Part shown: positions 26,236 through 37,793 of the stretch, piece after piece
Numbering within the stretch: the first letter of the stretch is position 1
How the letters are laid out: every line of letters starts with the position of its first letter
Assembly: GCA_050575255.1 (NCBI GenBank)
Contig: JBNZDD010013646.1
Span: forward strand, 2,371,229 to 2,435,228
DNA length: 64,000 bases
Direction: 5' to 3'
Source: Harriotta raleighana
Lineage: Eukaryota
Notes under the pieces: generated by a model
Database searches by the model: none
What the model saw: only the letters and a program-made list of their open reading frames with translations
Told to the model about the DNA's origin: nothing
Program-made: the position numbers and the translations under genes

Positions 26236-27611
26236 ATGGCACAATCCTAAATGGCTAGAATGTGCAACCAGTTGTAGGCCCATTAAAAATCATATTTGGA
26301 AAAGCTACTACTCATATTTGACTAGCAAACTCACTGTACAAATATTCTGTTTCCAATTGGATGTTTGTGAAATACAACTGAATATCAAGAACAGTAGCAA
26401 ACAACATTTCTTGACTCTTCTGGAATCGTAAGAGTTAAATACCTTTTACTTCACACTGGAGTATAATTTGTGGTGTGTCTTATTGGAAAGGAATCCCATT
26501 GGAAATCTATCGACCTCTGCTCTGAAAATAAATTGTGTTGAGGTGGAATTCCCAATGAGTCAACATTCTGTACTTGGGGTTTCTGGAAGGAGGTGCTATT
26601 CATGCAGATCGGATTTGGTTTTAAGGAATCCAGTTAATAAATACGCTGCATTGTCTGTGACTCTCAGCAGTTTGAAGAGCTTCATTCAAATCCTCTATCT
26701 TCTCCTCTACAGACAGCAATTGAGACCATGTGACTTAATTACTTAATTATCCTATATTTCCATTGATTGTACATTAAGTGTGTGGTACATTTATGGATTT
26801 GGACTGATGCTTTGATATTTAGTATTCTTATAAAACCACATTCACATCTTCCATTATATCCACTTCACTGCGTCTCTCCCTCTCTCTCCCCCCTCTCTTT
26901 AACCACAGTACAAGGATCTTGTGCTATATTTGTAGAGTGGCAATGCTGTGTACCTGTGTATTAAAATTCTAATAGGCAGGTGGTTAAAATTTACACCAGA
27001 GCCCTATTTCTGTACATGTGCAGCATTCCTCAGAATTGCCAGGGAAAGGAGATTTTAGAAACCTGGTTTGTCAAATCACACTTCTTTCTGTAGTATAATT
27101 GTGCCATTACAGCCTCAAATTTTTGGAACATTGCTTCTCTGAACTCTCAAAAACTGCAAGAAAAAAAACTGACTGTGGCCCCACCAATTACCAATTGCAG
27201 AGCAGATCAATTACAAGATCCTCACTCTCATGTACAATTCATTTCATGCCCTGATTTCTCCCCAACTTTGACTTACTTAAAGCCTATTCCACTACCTGCT
27301 GCTTGGTCCCAACTGACTACAGCCTCCTGCATGTCCCCCAATCTCTCTAATTGATGCTCGGTGAATATGCTTTCATGCCCCAAACTATGGAATACTCTGC
27401 CTCAAACCCTCAACCTTGCCTCGTCCATGCCCATTTGAAGAGCTTCCACTTCAACTGTGCCTAGGTTCACTTCCCTCCTCTCCCCGATGTCAAGCTCTAT
27501 CAATGCTAAGCACTCCAAGATAACCTTATGTGAAAGGTGCTATATGAAGGCAATGGTGTTATTTAAATGCATGTTGTTGGGGTTGTTGACAACAAAGATC
27601 GAACACCACTA

Positions 27612-27986
27612 CAGTAAAACCTCGATAATCCGACATTGTGAAAGCTGGCAACTCTCTAAAACCGGCAAGCTTTCCAAATAAAACAGGATTCAATTTTTTT
27701 CCGATGTCCAGCAAATCTCCCGAAGTCTGGAACAGGATTACATTTTTTTCCAATGTCCAGCAAATCTCCCGAAGTCTGGAACAGCATGGCTGCTTTACCC
27801 GGCAGTCTCCGGCATGGCTGCTCTGGCACGTGAATGAAGCTCAAGTATTGTTTGGCTTCAGTGCTGTGTTTACAGTACATGGGTATGGGGCAGGGTTTCC
27901 CCAGCCATTTCTAGGTAGGTTTCTAAACACCAGCAAACTCCGAAATCTGGGAGGCGCAACCATGCTGGAATATAAAGGTTTTACTA
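27612..27986. mobile_element. Tigger/pogo-like MITE (family B)
   Basis: Runs from TA+CAGTAAAACCTCGATAATCC to AAAGGTTTTACTA+TA and is the reverse homolog of 50486-50815. It has an internal tandem duplication of about 47 bp (CCAGCAAATCTCCCGAAGTCTGGAACAG twice). Confidence 0.85.
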
Positions 27987-28184
27987 TATTTGGACTGTGA
28001 AGAGAGTGTTTCTGTAGGTCCTCAACAACAATTCCTCAGATAAAACTGATCATTCACTTAATGGTTAAATGTGCTACATTGCTGTGCACAAATTGGCGTA
28101 GTGTTTGACTACAAAATACAGATACAATATTCTACATCAAATCTTGTGAAGCATTTTGGTATTCTTTGATGATGGATAATGTGC

Positions 28185-28503
28185 TGTGCCCCCACACTTC
28201 GTCCCACAGTCCGTTTGCCTCACTTTCTCCCTTGCCTCCTTCAAGGTCAGTCTCAAGACACTTCTATTCGATAGTGCCTCCTGGATTTCAGTGCCTTGGG
28301 ACATCTTTCCTGACATGAAAGTGCTCTATAAATGTAATTTTGTTGTTGTTGTTGTTGTGCCTTCTGCCACCTTCCCATCTTGCTCCCTTCCCTTCCCTCT
28401 ACCCTGCCCCATGCTCGCGTATCGACCATTGACTATTCAGCACCTTGGGACATACTCCCGAAGTGAAAGGCATTCTATAAATATAATTTTGTTGTTGTTG
28501 TTG
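28185..28503 (+). mobile_element. Two tandem L2 3' ends, each with a (TTG)n tail
   Basis: CCTTGGGACAT...GTGAAAG...CTATAAAT...(TTG)n, ending at about 28357 and 28503. Confidence 0.8.
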
Positions 28504-29094
28504 TATGTCAAATACAATGATCATTATTTAATCAATTGCACTTAAGATATTTATTTGTTCTTGATTACTCTTGTTAACAGCTTTGCATTGATTTTGGGAC
28601 TTGCAGTAAAAACCCATAATCACACCCAAACTTTTTTTTCCCATCTTTGTTAATGGCCTCCTTTATCATGTGTTTGTGCATCTGTTCCAATGTGTATTAC
28701 TGTATTTTTTATTCACATTAACATCCACCAAATATTTCCTAGCTTCATTGGTGAAGATTGCTTTGAATTTTGCTTTGCGTTTTCAGCTCCAACACCACGT
28801 TACAAACAGACTATGTGTTTCATAAATAATATGAAAATCATGGGGACACAGGATAGCTTTCTTTCCCCGAATTTGTCCTATTACTTAGTCTGTTTTGAAT
28901 CTCCATTAACTGAAATTTCTTTCTTGCAATCATTGTCAGAGTATTGCTTGCAAACCATTTCTTGACAGGGTAAAGGTTTTAAAAGTCTGGCAAATTGTTG
29001 GGAGACAAAATAGCACCTGCTAAATTGCCTTTTTGGATGAGAACAATTATCTTTATAGTAGTAAGAATCCTTGCAATTTGTTTTGGATGACATC

Positions 29095-29495
29095 ACCGAG
29101 GGGGAGCATGTAGAGGGTGAAGAGGAGTGGACTGAGGACAGAGTCCTGAGATAGTGCGGGGCTGGAGGAAAAACCGTTGGCAGACATAAATTGAGTCAAT
29201 GCGAAGGATAGGACCTGAACCTGTCAAGGACAGAACCTTGAAGGTTGAGGTGGGAGGAGTGACGGTGGAGGAGGTCCATGGTATCAAAGGCAGTGGATAG
29301 GAGGTGGACAAGGAAGCAGAGGGAGCCCTGGCCGCAAATGGTCAGGATATAATTTGTGACTTTGATCAGAGCAGTTTCCATGCTGTGGATTGGAGCAGCT
29401 CGTGGAGTGCGTGGAATGAGAGGAAAGAACGAAGGTGGGAGGCAACGTATCTTTCAAGGACCTTGGACAGAAAAGGGAGGTTGGAAATGGGCCTG
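29095..29495 (-). mobile_element. L2 ORF2 internal RT fragment
   Basis: Frameshifted minus-strand translation gives PFPTSLF...ETALIKVTN...LSTAFDTMD, resembling the L2 RT motifs HSTETAL and DLSAAFDT. Confidence 0.8.
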
Positions 29496-30052
29496 TATAC
29501 ATCAACATTTAAGGATTATTATCTGAAGCATTGGATATTCTAATCATAAGTGTTTTCCCTAACTAAGCAAAATTGGATCATTACTTCCTATCCCTATCAT
29601 CAGCTGGTATTTATTGTTATCTGAAGGCAATGTTAGCAATCACTAGTTTCCCTCCAAAGTAATACAGAATAATCCTGCAAGGGTATATCCTTGCTTTGCA
29701 TTTTTCACTACTGGGTGAATATCTGCAGCATTGTTACCATCTTCTGAGAGAACAATCCAGGACAAGAAGTTTAGTCAAGAGTTTTTGGAGTCTGGATCGG
29801 GAACTTAATTTTTTTATTCTGAACTGTTTCTGCGATATCATTGCATCAAATTTGTCTGCCATGTTTGTCTCCAAGTACATTGTCAGTATACTTTGAGATT
29901 ATTGGCCAAGACACCAGGATAAACTATCTTCTCTCTTTTAAATAGAGCCATGCGATCTTTAAAAGTACACCTGAACAAACATCCTCAGTTGAAACACTCA
30001 ACACAACTTATATTTATATAGTGCCCTTCACATGGGGTAGCACCCTTTAGAT

Positions 30053-30377
30053 CAGGGGTATTTAAGATGTGGGAAATTACCCCCGGGGGTTAATTCGGCC
30101 TTTTTCAGGGGCTAACAAGTTGGAACGAGTTTCTGACGAAAAGGCATAAGAAGTATTCAATTTTGCTTTTTACTGATCTAAGTGAATGCTATATTATTTC
30201 CATATTAACCAATAGATCTAAGCATCTTGGACAAATGATAAGAATTAAAACATAATTTTGTTATTCTTTCCTGGTTTTCTTGTTTTTCATATTTGCTACA
30301 TAAGAAGGAGAGGGGGTAATTACTGTGTTGTTGGCTAACTCAAGGAGTAACAGTGATGAAACGGTTGAATACCACTG
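30053..30377. mobile_element. hAT (Charlie-like) MITE with an 8-bp TSD
   Basis: TIRs CAGGGGTATTTAA / TTGAATACCACTG, with identical flanking CTTTAGAT at 30045-30052 and 30378-30385. Confidence 0.9.
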
Positions 30378-31634
30378 CTTTAGATCACCACCAACAATGT
30401 AGAACATCCCCAGCACTGTATTGGAGTGTAAATCAAGGTAAATTCAGAGTCTCAACTCGTCCCTTGAACCCACAACTTTCTATCTCAGGGATTGAGAGTG
30501 CTAACAAATGAGCCAGTTTCCCCTTTAATTGCCAGGAGCATTTCATTGGTTCATGTTATATTCATAGACTTGATTCTTCAAAACTAAATCAGCCTTTGCA
30601 AGGAATAAACATTATCCATTGATTACAAAAGGCTGAAGGCGTTGAATACAAAAATTATGGCTAACAAAATAAGATGAAACTTTTGCTGTTGGTTAGTTGA
30701 TTGGGAATGTTAACGTGAGGAAGATTTAATAATACATGTTTTGCAATACTCCATTTGCCAGAATGCTGTACTTGGCTGCCTCCCAACCAATATGTTATAG
30801 TGAAGGTTTATGATATTATAAATAATAGGAGTTAACAGAGCTGTTCTATCAAGTTCTTAGCAGTGCAAACTAGTAATATATAGCAATTCTACTATGAAGA
30901 ATATTTTTAATATATCAGAACCTTACTTTATATATATATCAAAAAATGCCACAAGGTGCCATTTGTTCCAAACCAGTGATATTACCTTAGAAGTGGGCCT
31001 GACTGTTTCCACTTTCCATCACAGCCTCATCTGATTCACTGGAAATTATCTCGTAAAGCAGACAAATCTGATGGGCTCACTGTTATATTGTTCCCAGAAC
31101 TGTTCCAGGATTATTTCAGTGGCCAATGATATAGGGTATTTACAATGTTTACTAGGTGATGGCAAGATTTCAGCAAATATCCTTTGAAATCGTTTATTAT
31201 TTTCACTGGTGCATTCATTCTTTAAGGAGTGACTTTAAGTGGCATTCCAAAACAAAATTAACTATTCTTAGAGTGAGATTTGCTTTACAATATTACTTTA
31301 TTTTACCCAATGTCATCTGCTTTTTTTTGACTTACCTTATACTATTTTGTAATATATGTTGGTAGAAATGCCTTTATTTGAAAAATGTCAGTGGTTTGAA
31401 AGAAGAAAAAGTTCTTGCATTCATGCAGACAGAGATTATAAATAAACCTAACCCAATTTCAATATTTAGATGACCTATAAACTTTATGACATCTCAACTA
31501 AAATAGAGATTTACAACAGACTTCTTAGTACATTTATTATTCTTAATTTCTGTACGTCTTCAGAAATCTGTTCAATTTAGTAGCACTGAGAATAAGTCAA
31601 AAATATTTTTAATTTCCATAAAATGAAATGGCTT

Positions 31635-32376
31635 AACAACAATAACAAAATTACACTTGTAGAGCCCCTTTCATGTCAGGATGACTTCCCAAGGTGCTGG
31701 ACAGTCACTGTGTCAGACCCGAGCTGGGGATAGGTGGGATGTGGTGAGGAGGGAAGAGGGGGATTAGGAGTTGTCGATGGGACCATCGAAGAGGACAGTT
31801 TTGAGGCAGGACTTCAAGGAGGACAAAGATGGGGCGAGGTGGAGATACTGCGGGTTGGAGTTCCAGAGGTTGGGGGCAGTGTGGCTAAAGGTGGAGCGGA
31901 TGTGTTGGGGCACATGGAGCAGCCCAGAGCCTGCTGAGCAGAGTTGGAGGGCAGGTTGGTAAGGGGTTAGAAGTTCACAGATATAGGGTGGGGCGGGGTT
32001 GTGGAGGGCTTTCAATGTGAAGACCAGGATCTTGAATTGGATCCTCTTGGTGATGGGGAGCCAATGGAGTCGGGCGAGGATGCAGGAGATGGGGTCGTGG
32101 AGTTTGGAACGGTAGAGGACACGGGACACAGAAATCTGGATCATCTGCACCCTGTGGAGGGAGGAATTTGGAAGTCTGATAAGCAGGGAATTTGTATAGT
32201 CAAACCGGGATGTAACGATGGCGTGGTTGAGGGTGTCAACGGCTGTGGGGGTGAGGTAGTGGCGGGCAATGTTGCAGAGGTGGGTAAAGGCAGAGCGAGT
32301 CATTGCTTGGATGTGGGGGAGGAGAGACAGTTGAGGGTCGAACAAGACACCTAGGTTCCTGATTGGCTTGGAGAGG
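31635..32376 (-). mobile_element. 5'-truncated L2 LINE
   Basis: ORF 31764-32345 contains AIVTSRFDYTNSLL...LARLHWLPITKRIQFKILV...APNLWNS, the L2 ORF2 C-terminus, followed by a C-rich UTR and (TTG)n tail. Confidence 0.92.
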
Positions 32377-33118
32377 TCACAGCTAAGACCAGAAATAGTT
32401 TTACTGCATACCCAAACAACAAAAATGTAAATTGATTTGATGTTCCACCAGTCTCGAGCAGATTAATAAAATTAAATGTCAGATTAATAAAATAAAATGT
32501 CAAAGATTTGCAATATTTTTGATTTCCAAAATGCAAGAATACCATAGTCATAAACCACTTGTCTCTTCATCGTACTTCAATTATAAATCATTCATAAGTG
32601 CTGATGCAGTGATGCTTATCTACACACTGATTGTATATTTCCTCCCGTCTCAGACACAGCCAAACTCATTACCATTAGGCAATATATAAATCTGCAATAC
32701 AATCTAATATTCTTGATTGTGCTACTAAACAGTGTACAATTCTTATGAGTATAACTAGCTTTCTAAAGTGTTAAATGTGTATTAACCAAAACAACTGTGT
32801 CAGCGTGATTCGAGATTGATTTAATTTCACTCAAATACAAGCAATTGGAGCAAAAAACATATTGTTTAATTAAACGTAAATCAACAGAATTATGATTGCA
32901 TAAGTTTTCACAAGAACGTCAACAAATAATAGCATGATTGCTTGAGAAAAATACAATCATCTTCTGAGGCACTTGCTTTACATACAAAATAAAAGAATGA
33001 CCCATTGCATAACAGAAACAGATTAACAGCATATCAAAAAAAAATAGGAAGTCCACATTTTTTGTTTCACATCACGTTGACAGACAGAGATGCAAGCTTT
33101 CAGAAGAGAGGCACTTAC

Positions 33119-33239
33119 CTTAATTGAAATTCTCTGTTGATGGAGCTTCAAACCCACATAGCATCAGCAATCTGTTTGTGGCAACAAAGGTTGCTTGTCG
33201 AGCTTTTCAATATCTGGTGTGTTCTTCATGCAAACTTCA
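33119..33239 (-). other. Candidate 121-nt non-coding 5'-UTR exon of cdh12
   Basis: Minus strand shows the polypyrimidine tract TTTACTTTTTTTCCTCTCGCTTTACGCACAG| and a consensus donor AAG|GTAAGT, inside a block with no recognisable repeat. Confidence 0.6.
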
Positions 33240-34571
33240 CTGTGCGTAAAGCGAGAGGAAAAAAAGTAAATTCCTTTGAGATCTCAGGCCAGATTTCATG
33301 CACCATGTTTCATTTGGATGTTTGCATGTACATTTAGCACTCAGAAACCCATGATTGTTCCGTTGCACTCCTGTCTGTTCCCTTGAGCTGTGGGATGCTC
33401 ATTGACCTGATTAATGAAAAACCTCCCTCATGCAGAGAACAACTAAAGGGCTTTTTGGTCACCGTAGAGCTTTGTGTGGAAAGGCTAGATCATTTGGGAA
33501 TCCTGTCTGTTCAAGGCTGATGGCTTTGTAAATGTTGCAGGAGGTATTCATAGAAGATGTTTAGTTAAAGTGAATACTAATCATAAAGGATTTGTCTTAA
33601 CACATTGCGTGATCCTGATAGACTGTGATATAACCAAAGGAAATCTGAACCACTGGCTGTGATTATTGCTGTGTTCCGATAATAACCTGACTCCCGCATG
33701 AGTCGGTGATGTACAGAAAAATTTATGTATTAATAAAATCCTTCAGCGCAGCTCCAAGCAGACTTATTGCTTACAGTCGGTGGCCTTAAAAAATTCATTA
33801 AAAATAGGTAGAGTGGAAAACATCAAATAAAACGCTTCATCCTTGCAGGCAACAAGACAAAAAAAAGAAAATACACAGTACTTACAGATTGGAAAAGCAC
33901 TGAGCAATTTACTGGCCATTGATGTAGTGCTATACTATATAGTTGTCCAAGAGGCATTTAAAGTCAAGCCTGTCTTGTTTTTTTACATAGTGCATGCTAC
34001 AAGCCCTACAACAAGCATTTAACATTGTATCTTATGCACTCCTTATTTCCATGAACCAGATACTGAACAAATGTTTTTTTCTGTCCTCGGTTTTGATAAT
34101 AATCCTGGCATTTGATATAGTGCCTTATCACGTCTTCTAATAGGCTCAAAGTGCTTCACAGAATATGCTGTAAAGTGAATTGGCTGCATGTTTTATAGGT
34201 TATTTTGATTATTAATCTGTAATCTTGCTACTCAAGCAACTTTAAAATTTAATTGTTCTACAAATGTACTTCTGTTGTTGCTGTCAAATAGCAATTGAGC
34301 AGATCACAGATAGAACGTCCTGAAAACCTGGTAAGGTGGGCACTCTGGCTGGCTCATTAACCATTAACATGATTCCAGGAAATAGTGGCCGATTATTTTT
34401 TTTGCCACAGAATCCGAACAAAAGATTGTGATTGAAAGCATAGAGGCATCAGTTTAATTTCCTGTGTAACAACAATTGATAAAGCTGCTTTCTTATCAGG
34501 AGGAGGTTAGGTTGGATTCAATCATAGGGTATCTGGTGATTGAATGCAACCCAATATTTAAGGCAGGGTTT

Positions 34572-35663
34572 TGTCCTCCAGGCCCCACACTGTCTCGTGT
34601 GACATCCCCAAGGCTTCTGTCTTTGGCCCTCTCCTTTTCAATGCATATATGCTCCTCCTTGGTGACCTTATCCGCAGACATGGGATCAATGTACACATGT
34701 ATGCAGGTGACACTGAACTCTATCTTTCTGCCTCTACCCTCGATTCCAGGACTGCAACTGTGCTGACAGATTGCCTATTGGACAGTGGATGAGAGCTAAC
34801 TTTCTACCATTGAATGTCAACAAGAACAAGGCCCTCTGGATTGGCTCGTGCCAGTGCAATCGCTCCTCAGGCACTGGCAACATCAGCCTCCATGGTTGCA
34901 CACTCCGCCTCACCAAGCCAGTCAGGAACCTAGGTGTCTTGTTCAATCATCAACTGTCTTTCCTCCCGCACATGCTAGCCATGACCTGCTCTGCCTTCCC
35001 TCACCTCCACAACATTGCCCGACTCTGCCACTACCTCACCCCTCAGGCTACTGAAACTATCATTCATATCCTCATCATGGTCAGGCTTGACTATGCTAAT
35101 GCCCTGCTTTTTGGCCTTCCCAATACTTCACTCCATAGCCTGCAGATCATCCAGAAATCTGCAGCTCATGACCGCTCCCATACCAAGCTCTGCGACCACA
35201 TCTCCCCCATTCTCATCTGACTCCATTCACTCCCCATCATTCAGAGGATTTAATTCAAGATCCTAGTTCTCACATTGAAGTCCTCCATGGCTTTGCACCA
35301 CCCTACAACTGCAATCACCTAACCACCTACCGACCTGCTCCTCCCTTCGCTCAGCAGATACTAGCCTGCTTCATGTCCCCGAGCCCACCCTCCCCACCAT
35401 TGGCAGGCAAACTTTCAGCCATTATGCCCCAATCTCTGGAATTCCATCTCGTAATCTCTTCATTTCGTCCCTCCCTAGCCTCCTTCAAGTCCTGTCTCAC
35501 GAACCTCCTTTTCGATGGTGCCATCAGTCAGCACTATTCCCCTCCCTCCCCTCCACTCTCCCCATTCTCATCCTTAGCTCGGGTTGGAAACACTGACTGT
35601 TCAGCACATTGGGACATCCTCCCAATGTGAAATGTGCTATATAAATGTAATTTTGTTGTTGTT
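34572..35663 (+). mobile_element. 5'-truncated, decayed L2 LINE
   Basis: Contains SVFGPLLF...HMYAGDT (mutated YADD), VRNLGV and RLDYANALL, broken by frameshifts and stops, and ends in a (TTG)n tail. Confidence 0.92.
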
Positions 35664-36494
35664 TGACAGTGGGGAAAAGATAGGTGACAAGGAAAGACTC
35701 AGAGATAGTTCTAGAGTGGGTTCAGAAAGAAGATTTAGTACAATGGACTCTGGCACAGAAATGCATTGATGATGTCAACAGTAATAGCAGTAGTCAAAGT
35801 CATTAGGTAATTGTATAGCACTTTAATCTAACCTTGGGTAAAGAGCATGGGCATAAACTTCACTTTTGTTTATTCATGGCAAAATCAGAATCCAAATCAC
35901 ACTCCCTTCCCCTTGTTAATGGAATGACTCACTATCATCTATTACATTTCATCTGATGAATGATGCTTCCTATACTCTGATTTATTACTTACATAAGTAT
36001 AAATGCGGCTGAGACAAAGTGAATTGCATTGGAGCCACTTTGTTGAAACCTCCCAGAGATGGAGCTCTTTGCACCTATGCAGTATAAGTGTATTGAGTGT
36101 GAATGTCTCAGAATTTATTCTCTCGAGGTCATTTCAAAGCATGCGGGTCATAAACTTTGAATGGCTCTTTTTAATGTAGGTTACATTTTTTGTTCTTGTT
36201 GAGGAGAAGAAAGTATAAATGTAACCCGTCTTAACTGTCTCAACCATGGCATTAGCTGTGGTGAAAGCAAAGCACAGAAATCCAATGTGTCACTTCATTG
36301 CTGTTCTTGTTGCTTAATTGCTGCATAATGCATTCAACGAATGCCCATGGATTCAACTAATTCAACACATTTACTAAATTGGTAAAGAGATGTGTAAGTG
36401 GTTTGAACTGTTTATTTGACATAATGTTGAGAGATGTGAAAATTATACATCTCTGGAATCCTATTCTTCAATTTCCATGTCTGTTTTAATCGAA

Positions 36495-36700
36495 AGAGCT
36501 GCGGGGAGTGAAAGGTACATTGGGTTGGACAACAGCTGTTCCCCTCTGGGAACAGGGTTTAATCAATCTAGCCAAGAAATAATGGAATGAACGTCTTCAA
36601 TGATTGCTGGCTGTAAGGAGCTTATTTGACGACTCAAGTAGTACAGGAGAATTTGAACCAGTCCATCTTGAGCATTGATCCAGATCAAAGACAAAAATGA
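36495..36700 (+). mobile_element. Possible LF-SINE-like ancient relic
   Basis: CCCCTCTGGGAACAGGGTTTAATC...TGCTGGCTGTAAGGAGCTTATTTGA...GAACCAGTCC loosely follows the recalled LF-SINE 5' half. Confidence 0.35.
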
Positions 36701-37224
36701 GTTGTAATTTACCACTTTACTTTAATGGCTATCTTATGCAGAAAGCAAGTGATTCTGATGTGAAAAATGGAAGCATCAAGCATGCTGTATGTACTTCAGG
36801 GGTACCTGACTCAACAATCTGAAAAGCTACCACTAGGTGGTATTTCAGGCCTCAACTATAATAATCCCTGCAATTTTTTTTAAAAAAATGCAATCTCAGG
36901 ACCTAGAATTGTCTTCAGATGGAAAATAGAGGCAATTAACGGGAGCGGTGTAAAGCTTTGCCTTAAGTCATACTCTGGGTTGCAGTGAAGATATTCTCTC
37001 CCTATATCTCATCCAAGCTGTACCTGAGATGTGACTTTACCTTTACAAACACAAATTTCATCAAATATATACTAAATGAAACACAAACAGAAACGTACAA
37101 TGAAGTTCTTGGAAACAATAGAATACAGGAAAAAAACCATGACAATGTACCATCTCCTAGTTACCACCCAGTAGAGCATTTCCCTGTATCCTGTACTCCT
37201 CTGTGGTTACTCTAAATAACTATG

Positions 37225-37793
37225 CAGTCAACCCTTGTAGAACGCAACTTTCTCAAGTGCGGATTCACTTATACGCGAATAAATAAATGCTGCACTTTTT
37301 TGCGTAACACGAGTAAAATTTACGTGCTGGCTGGCCCCGTGCGCAATACACAATTGGGAGGACCCCGCCAGCTCCCGCCTAAGTCCGATGATTCCTCTGC
37401 CTCGGAGCAACCTGATGGATTGCATGGTAAAGTACAATTAAGATTCTTTTGTTCACATTTACTGTATTCATATAGCCTAACACTTCCAGGACCAAAGGTA
37501 AAATAATTTAGCCTAGCTGTGTTAGTGTAAGAATCTGTTTTATTGTCTTTAGTGAGTCAGTGAGAGTGGGGAGAGTGATGAGAGGGGAGAGAGAACCAGC
37601 CGGCTGTAGCCCGCCTCAGTACGTACCTTCCGTTGGTTGCGTGTGGATGTGCCTGCAGGCTTGAGGTTGAATAGCCTGTGGATGGATTCCCCTAACCCTT
37701 TTTTCCCATTACTTATTAAGCTTACTGAATGCGATTTTATCGAGTGCACTGTTTTCCAGGAAAGTTACCCCTGAGATCAGCGAGGGTCTACTG
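37225..37793. mobile_element. Tigger/pogo-like non-autonomous transposon (family C)
   Basis: Termini CAGTCAACCCTTG / CGAGGGTCTACTG+TA, and the left half is homologous to 1-388. Confidence 0.8.

Noticed and set aside
33842-33890. Additional donor (TCT|GTAAGT) and acceptor-like tract on the minus strand
   Set aside because: The implied intron is only about 44 nt and no matching exon could be delimited.
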